Below are positions 60,966 to 64,000 of a DNA stretch of 64,000 nucleotides, one piece after another; position 1 is the first letter of the stretch; each line of letters opens with the position of its first letter. The notes beneath the pieces were generated by a model, which saw nothing but the letters and a program-made list of their open reading frames with translations, made no database searches and was not told where the DNA came from. Source of the DNA: an uncultured Propionibacteriaceae bacterium (GTDB taxonomy: Bacteria > Actinomycetota > Actinomycetes > Propionibacteriales > Propionibacteriaceae); assembly GCA_964585085.1 (NCBI GenBank), contig CAZPCM010000001.1, positions 29,500 through 93,499 of the forward strand, given 5' to 3'. The position numbers and the translations under genes were made by a program.

Positions 60966-61601
60966 TCACCGGCGCCCGCAGCCTCGCTCCGGCCTGCTCA
61001 GGCCCGGCGCCTGGTGACGTGGGCGCTCAGCCTTGGCGGCGCGCTCCTGCGCGGTGCGCGAACTGTTCACCGTGCGGCCCCGGACGATGCCGATGAACTC
61101 GTCGATGAGCGGGTTGGCGTTGTCGACGCGCCACAGCAGCGCGATGGTCGTCGCGTCGGCGTCCGTGACGGGCCGGTGGGCCAGGTCACGCCGGCTGTGG
61201 CTGCGGGCGACCGACTGCGGAACGCGCAGGACGGCCTCGCCCACCGCGACCCGGGAGAGGGAGTCCTCGTCGACCACGGCCAGCACGGTCTCGCCGGCGA
61301 GGTCGGCCACAGTCACCGAGTCGTACAGCGCGATGGGGTGGTCCTTGGCGACCCAGACCGCCGGAACCTCCTCCCACAGCCGGATCGCGTGCAGGCCGGT
61401 CGTATCCACCGGGAGCCTCGCGAAACACAGGTCGACGGTGCCGGCGTCCAGCACCCGACGGACGTCCGACTCGGCCACGTCGACGACGTCGAGCGGCACC
61501 TCGCGGAAACGGTCCGCCCAGATCGTGCGCCACTTGGTGAGGGTGACGCCCGGGACGTAGCCCACGGTCAGCCGTCGGGGCGCGTCAGCTGGAATCGTCA
61601 C
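60966..61601 (-). CDS. LysR-type substrate-binding domain protein lacking the N-terminal helix-turn-helix
   Basis: LTVGYVPGVTLTKW, LDAGTVDLCFARLP, LWEEVPAVWVAKDHP and IALLW...LIDEFIGIVRGR motifs. Confidence 0.85.
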   Translation of the reverse strand: MTIPADAPRRLTVGYVPGVTLTKWRTIWADRFREVPLDVVDVAESDVRRVLDAGTVDLCFARLPVDTTGLHAIRLWEEVPAVWVAKDHPIALYDSVTVADLAGETVLAVVDEDSLSRVAVGEAVLRVPQSVARSHSRRDLAHRPVTDADATTIALLWRVDNANPLIDEFIGIVRGRTVNSSRTAQERAAKAERPRHQAPGLSRPERGCGRR

Positions 61602-61607
61602 GCGGGC

Positions 61608-61633
61608 AGGCTACCGGGCACCCCGGCTACGCT
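61608..61633. promoter_or_regulatory. Back-to-back leaderless -10 elements (TAGCCT on minus 61613-61608; TACGCT on plus 61628-61633)
   Basis: Each TAnnnT hexamer lies exactly 6 nt from the GTG start of its gene; no Shine-Dalgarno sequence. Confidence 0.7.
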
Positions 61634-61639
61634 GCAGCG

Positions 61640-62002
61640 GTGAGTCAAGTCATGAAGCCGATCACCGCCGCCGCCAAGCTGGGCATCCACCTGCCCTCGG
61701 CGCCCGAGGAGTTCCAGCGCTCACCCCTCACGCGCGCCGAGCTGGACGCTCTGCGCGCAGACCCGCCCGCCTGGCTCGTCGAACTGCGCCGCAACGGTCC
61801 GTTCCCGCGCGACGTCGTCGCGCAGAAGCTGGGCGTCTCCCGCTCCGGACTCGGCCGCGCCGGCATCACCGAGGCGCTTGACGCCGACGAGATCGGCTCC
61901 TTGCTCGCCGACCCGCCCGAGTGGCTCGTGCACGAACGGGAGATCCACCGCAAGGTCATCGCCGAGAAGGCGCGTCACAAGAACGCCTCCCGAAACCGCT
62001 GA
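61640..62002 (+). CDS. DUF5997-like protein
   Basis: MKPITAAAKLGIHLPSAPEEF...PPAWLVELRRNGPFPRDVVAQKLGVSRSGL...PPEWL; recognised by similarity to that family. Confidence 0.8.
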   Translation: MSQVMKPITAAAKLGIHLPSAPEEFQRSPLTRAELDALRADPPAWLVELRRNGPFPRDVVAQKLGVSRSGLGRAGITEALDADEIGSLLADPPEWLVHEREIHRKVIAEKARHKNASRNR

Positions 62003-62028
62003 GCATTCACCCGTGCGAGGATGCCGCC

Positions 62029-62394
62029 ATGGCGGAAACCTCACAGGAGTATCTCGAGCAGGCACCCGCGGAGGGGCGTCCGTGGCTGCGTGAGTTCTGG
62101 GACCACGTCGCCCAGCGCAACCCCGACCTCGCCCTGGTGATGTTCCGCGGGGTTCCGATGTTCAAGTTCGGGCCGTCCCACACCAGGGACGGCTACGTCA
62201 TGTTCACCGCGGCCGCCAAGCACTTCTCGGCCCACGCGCTGGAGTTCGACCTCGTCAGCGACGCGAAGGCGGCCATCCCGGGAGCGTTCGGCGGCAAGGG
62301 TTGCGTCAGCGTGAAGTACACCAACGAGGAGGCCAAGCCGGCGCTCAAGGCCTGCGTCGACGAGGTGCTGCGACGCCGCGGCTTCCTTTCCTGA
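62029..62394 (+). CDS. DUF1801/YdhG-like protein
   Basis: YLEQAP...LRE...P, PMFKF, AKHFSAH and GKGCVSVKY pattern. Confidence 0.65.
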   Translation: MAETSQEYLEQAPAEGRPWLREFWDHVAQRNPDLALVMFRGVPMFKFGPSHTRDGYVMFTAAAKHFSAHALEFDLVSDAKAAIPGAFGGKGCVSVKYTNEEAKPALKACVDEVLRRRGFLS

Positions 62395-62578
62395 GGAGCC
62401 CGCGCCAGATCCACACGGACTTCCCAGGAGTCGGGACCTGAACTCACGAACCAGAACGCGCACCAGGACTGACGGGTGTCGAATTGGGGCAGCCCGCCGA
62501 TGGAGGCGAGGTGGGCGCGGGCGACCGGCCCGGTTGCGTCCCCGTCCCGCCGACAGGTACCTGGTGTTTGATGGTGAG

Positions 62579-63442
62579 GTGACTGGGTCAAGGCTGAGCC
62601 GGACTGCAAGCGGGGTTGCCTTCTGTCGACTCGTCGAGCAGTACCAACCGCCCGAGATGCGCCAGTTCGTCGATCCGGTCGTGGGGAGGCTTCTGGATCC
62701 GGTGATGGTCGCGATGGCGGCCAGCGGCCCGCTGCAGGATCAGATGCTGGGTGCGCTGGCCCCGGGAACCTACGGGGGCCTGGTCATGCGGACCCGCTAC
62801 ATCGACGACGTCGTGACGGCGTGGGCGGCCGGGGGAGGCACCCAGCTGGTCATTCTGGGTGCCGGTCTGGACACCCGGGCGTACCGTCTCCAGTCGCTGG
62901 TGAACGCGATCGTGTTCGAGGCCGACCTTCCCGATCTTCAGCGGCTCAAGCAGGGCAAGCTCAAGGGCGTCCCACGAAGCGCTGGTGAGGTCCGCTTCGT
63001 GCCGGTCGACTTCAATACCGAACCGCTCGGGCAGGCGTTGGGTACAGCCGGGTTCGACCCCGCCCGCCCGGCCCTGTTCGTGTGGGAAGGCGTGACGCAG
63101 TACCTCACAGAATCGGGCGTGCACGCAACGTTGGCGTTCGTGGCCGGCTGCGCGCCCGGCAGCAAGCTGGTGTTCACCTACGTCCTGCCGGCCTGCGTGG
63201 GGTCGAACGGCTACCAGGGGTGGTCGCCGAGTCTGAGGCAGCAACTGGGCTCGACAGAGCCGTGGTTGTTCGGGATCGATCCCGACAGCCTGGCGAGCGT
63301 CCTGGAAGGTCTCGGCCTGCGACTCCTCGAGGACGTGGGCGACCTGGAGTACCAGGAGCGCTACCTCAATCCCATCCACAGACAACTCCTGGTCAACTCC
63401 TGCGAACGTGTGGCCCTCGCGGAAGTCCCCGGCCGGCATTGA
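62579..63442 (+). CDS. SAM-dependent methyltransferase, leucine carboxyl methyltransferase (LCM)-like; start approximate
   Basis: RTRYIDD, QLVILGAGLDTRAYRL, FEADLP, VPVDF and WEGVTQYL motifs. Confidence 0.92.
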   Translation: MTGSRLSRTASGVAFCRLVEQYQPPEMRQFVDPVVGRLLDPVMVAMAASGPLQDQMLGALAPGTYGGLVMRTRYIDDVVTAWAAGGGTQLVILGAGLDTRAYRLQSLVNAIVFEADLPDLQRLKQGKLKGVPRSAGEVRFVPVDFNTEPLGQALGTAGFDPARPALFVWEGVTQYLTESGVHATLAFVAGCAPGSKLVFTYVLPACVGSNGYQGWSPSLRQQLGSTEPWLFGIDPDSLASVLEGLGLRLLEDVGDLEYQERYLNPIHRQLLVNSCERVALAEVPGRH

Positions 63443-63636
63443 CCCGAGCAGACGCCGCGACCGGCGCGGAGGGACCACCCTTGCGGTGAGCAGACAGAGA
63501 CTCCCGCGCCCCTGGGGCGAATTGTGCGCATTGACGACGGGGGCGTCACGTGGGGATCGTGGAACCAGACCCCTGCGGTCCCCACGTGGCACCGGCACTG
63601 ATCGCCGAAGGCCACGGCGCTTCGAAGGGAGCAGCC

Positions 63637-63909
63637 ATGCATGTCCTGATTCGCCGGGTCCTGCACGATTTCGATGCCTGGAAGAAGGTCGTCTCCGAAT
63701 TGGACGGCCTGCGGGCCCAGCACGGATCGCGGGGACTCACCGCCTACCGCAGCGCGGGCAACCCCAACGAGGTCCTGTTGGTGTTCGAGTGGGACGACGA
63801 CAAGCCCTACCGCGCCTACCTCGACCTGCCAGAGGTTCAAAACGCCCTGGCCGCGACCGGCACGACCGAGATCACCGAGGTCAGCGAGGTCTTCCACCTC
63901 GCGGAGTGA
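63637..63909 (+). CDS. Small dimeric alpha/beta-barrel (ABM/cyclase-like) protein
   Basis: AGGGAG before the ATG; DFDAWKK...YRSAGNPNEVLLVFEWDD pattern; 90 aa. Confidence 0.75.
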   Translation: MHVLIRRVLHDFDAWKKVVSELDGLRAQHGSRGLTAYRSAGNPNEVLLVFEWDDDKPYRAYLDLPEVQNALAATGTTEITEVSEVFHLAE

Positions 63910-64000
63910 GCCCTCGCGTTCCCCGCTGCATCGGTGCCTCTCGCACCGCGAGGTGGCATCCTGGCCCTCATCGTCGGCAGCGGGATCCCGGTGTCCTGGG

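Noticed and set aside
62398-62522. 9-bp inverted repeats bounding a 125-bp intergenic segment (possible MITE)
   Set aside because: Short GC-only repeats are expected by chance; no target-site duplication or second copy was seen.
1-64000. Search for tRNA, rRNA, transposase, integrase or defence nuclease genes
   Set aside because: None was recognisable by eye; an Infernal/HMM scan would be needed to exclude small RNAs.

Overview
High-GC genomic window, probably from an actinobacterium (inferred from the class I xylose isomerase, DUF5997, UgpA-type pyrophosphorylase and leaderless TAnnnT promoters). No rRNA, tRNA, CRISPR array or mobile element was recognised. (1) Positions 1-22655 (minus strand) are one giant secreted protein gene of at least about 7,550 codons. 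It runs off the left edge, which is why the ORF track misses it; the many ORFs listed over this region are its shadows. It has a signal peptide, an N-terminal HEXXHXXGXXH zinc motif, a Pro/Ala/Glu/Lys linker, an Ig-like domain and long arrays of repeated beta-rich modules carrying small aromatic inserts. (2) 22959-35195: alpha-galactoside utilisation locus (two LacI regulators, GH36, ABC transporter, galK, galE, a UgpA-type pyrophosphorylase but no galT), then TspO. (3) 35619-46231: alpha-xyloside/xylose locus (LacI, ABC transporter, GH31 YicI, ROK XylR, xylA, xylB). (4) 48752-54730: uncharacterised three-gene operon encoding a 1,258-aa membrane protein, a RanBP2-type zinc-finger protein and a 7-blade WD40 protein. 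(5) 57376-59414: an Fnr/Flp-type regulator with a palindromic box, divergent from a DUF6448-like protein whose predicted mature N-terminus is His-Cys-Asp, followed by an S26 peptidase gene. This arrangement mirrors nickel superoxide dismutase sodN-sodX and is my best candidate for an undescribed system. (6) Small accessory genes to the right end, including a back-to-back leaderless pair: a LysR sensor-only protein and DUF5997. Family names come from recognised motifs, not from database searches.
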